A stretch of DNA of 63,603 nucleotides, counting the filler, from Babesia bigemina (Eukaryota): assembly GCF_000981445.1 (NCBI RefSeq). It is 10 parts of 10 records of this genome, joined end to end, with 100 filler letters (N's around TTAATTAATTAA, not from the genome) between each part and the next. Parts side by side here need not be neighbours in the genome. Positions count along the whole stretch, not along the records: positions 59,022 to 63,603 come from NW_012236976.1; 9 more parts are not named here. One strand, given 5' to 3'. How positions within the stretch are numbered: the first letter of the stretch is position 1; each line of letters opens with the position of its first letter. The notes under the pieces were generated by a model, which saw only the letters and a list, made by a program, of their open reading frames with translations, made no database searches and was not told where the DNA came from. Positions 63,001 through 63,603 of this stretch are shown here, piece by piece. The translations under genes and the position numbers were made by a program.

Positions 63001-63603
63001 TTTGACTAATTCCTCTACAAAGTCATTGATAGTTTTGGTTAGCGTTTGATCGGCTGTAATTATAGCTAGATCAATACCTATCACAATGCTTTCTACATCG
63101 ATTTTCAATTTTTTCATAAGCTCGTCTGCTTTTCTCCTCTTCTCTCTCACGTCACTCGGCACAGTCTCCAGGTTTTCAACAATCGCAATCACAGTCTTGA
63201 TGGCACTTTGGATCCTGCCCTGTGTATGCGAAAACTCTTCATTTTTCAGTGCGTATAAATTATAGTGAATTTTGGCAAGTTGGGTATCCAGGAATTCCGT
63301 TTTTAAGTCGTACAAATATCGATGCATAAATTCACCAGTTTTCGAGTATTCGGATAAAAGCCTGTGGATGTTAGCTTCAATTCCTTCGGACCATTCTCTG
63401 AGCTTTGAGATGGTTAAATCTATATTTATTCCGTCAACCTTGTCGGTAATAGCGTCTATAGCAGCGTCAACATTTTGTGCATACTTCTCCGATCCAGCCG
63501 CTTTGTATAGGTTTTTTAGAAGCTTATCAGTCTTCGTCACAGCATCGTCCACGTTGCCCATTTTATACCTATCCAGACAAACCGCAATTTCCTCGGCAAC
63601 ATG
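60043..63603 (-). CDS. ves1: ves1-like antigen, copy 10, 5'-partial (A-type tail)
   Basis: Frame open to the window end; family motifs, TM, RVFYLQP. Confidence 0.8.
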   Translation of the reverse strand, partial: HVAEEIAVCLDRYKMGNVDDAVTKTDKLLKNLYKAAGSEKYAQNVDAAIDAITDKVDGINIDLTISKLREWSEGIEANIHRLLSEYSKTGEFMHRYLYDLKTEFLDTQLAKIHYNLYALKNEEFSHTQGRIQSAIKTVIAIVENLETVPSDVREKRRKADELMKKLKIDVESIVIGIDLAIITADQTLTKTINDFVEELVKCEKMCKQAVDDLRNNMLNQIKASFLIVTSSVQQLFATERQADLRALEMLVESQSIIIDGLISNAMRTGVIGSMKTLSGVPAGHKGDVTEEHNLLMQLRKKMEEDGEKVAELVPYVRAYLRPIIVYNKDEIERLIASHPSPSTDYPSQLKAIFDKLVELLNHLEKDKLYNYDHNFVDLLASLNSLVDSLSPSFTSPSPLLAPLKAGLSKFAEQLGRAYVNRYSGKRFNGALLKEVEDSDSKKAVPALKQKSEKKYDLTPEGRNCAKVCLTIVEMVKGELDVLREKCKLDWHSKQIDRISVLGSFLSDCGYVVSNRDKQDGELRRSDQMMGSHIHAKIRQALTNVENIKTHLLKCKSNEDEKTGREKKSDKFHVLDVLACLHCHLETYYTLGHMASLTAKRNPCSVYEMLVWCAGLHYNSVYEIFVRDGFTGLMEKPKKKIIQASDDGLELDAEYDDLTAYYVDVFPSKIRYDHIHSAINHICATSHDVLTRIIGHGDEYTTYGVDFCNNSLKFRYPTSAEECLDMFLDILRRLFPPLKYLETQCSTAAREYGWAGCHYGKDVQTTNWPCNEHSSSKVTCQPNGQAKCEPNCQPKSPLMSYLNDCLPGHLPHVLSDIGCKAKCTTCPRSTPGMPCLTPLGFRGFSGTKREGRDISDVLGKFFDNGNLKVLFSLQTKTPSTLPEHFGFTLSLVAGWVGSDNKKRKTGVEKPFEEAITNVSIELYEKPTNFTEALRNAYGDPRPVQLTQVRMPPHAALSSLSITGYNDPKMKAYCAPYMLSLSEDYYSCLPSKNSKTYLSWAVYLPWDFWKYLKSLYDEFCNILCADWGCRTCLRADKCRRGQHGLSDEKTKTPYCQCASIVQCRGVSPILYRHGFCFGEASTLNAEGTRKTCSQFCKQLYDVLHSQYFRDLFDKCDDILLCIRWPFMLNVLTLWLLSLLYLLHIMVIRLDLLHIKSHLHSPSSHRIAAQSLLAAARVNKLNRVFYLQP

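Overview
Eukaryotic (piroplasm, most likely Babesia of the B. bigemina/B. ovata type; species inferred from the protein family only) sequence made of ten assembly pieces joined by artificial 100-bp N44-TTAATTAATTAA-N44 linkers. Seven consecutive pieces rise in size (6848, 6975, 7037, 7040, 7077, 7162, 7175 bp), so order and orientation across gaps are probably not biological. Each piece carries one ves1-like (variant erythrocyte surface antigen-like) large ORF: variable helical N-terminal half, conserved Cys-rich half, one C-terminal TM segment and a ...YLQP tail. Each sits in a stereotyped cassette: 22-bp telomere-like/G4-capable array, conserved leader, ORF, conserved 3' block, 12-bp or 24-bp array, 20-bp array, fixed junction, 22-bp array. 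In all seven copies with a visible 5' end the leader ATG cannot read into the ORF (in-frame stops in five, out of frame in two), yet 1500-1800 codons stay open. This suggests a repeat-bounded archive of silent antigenic-variation donor cassettes. A second, optional module lies behind some B-type copies: a conserved ~500-bp non-coding element, a ~76-bp tandem repeat whose unit looks like micro-exon plus GT-AG intron, and a small 18-Cys membrane-protein ORF.
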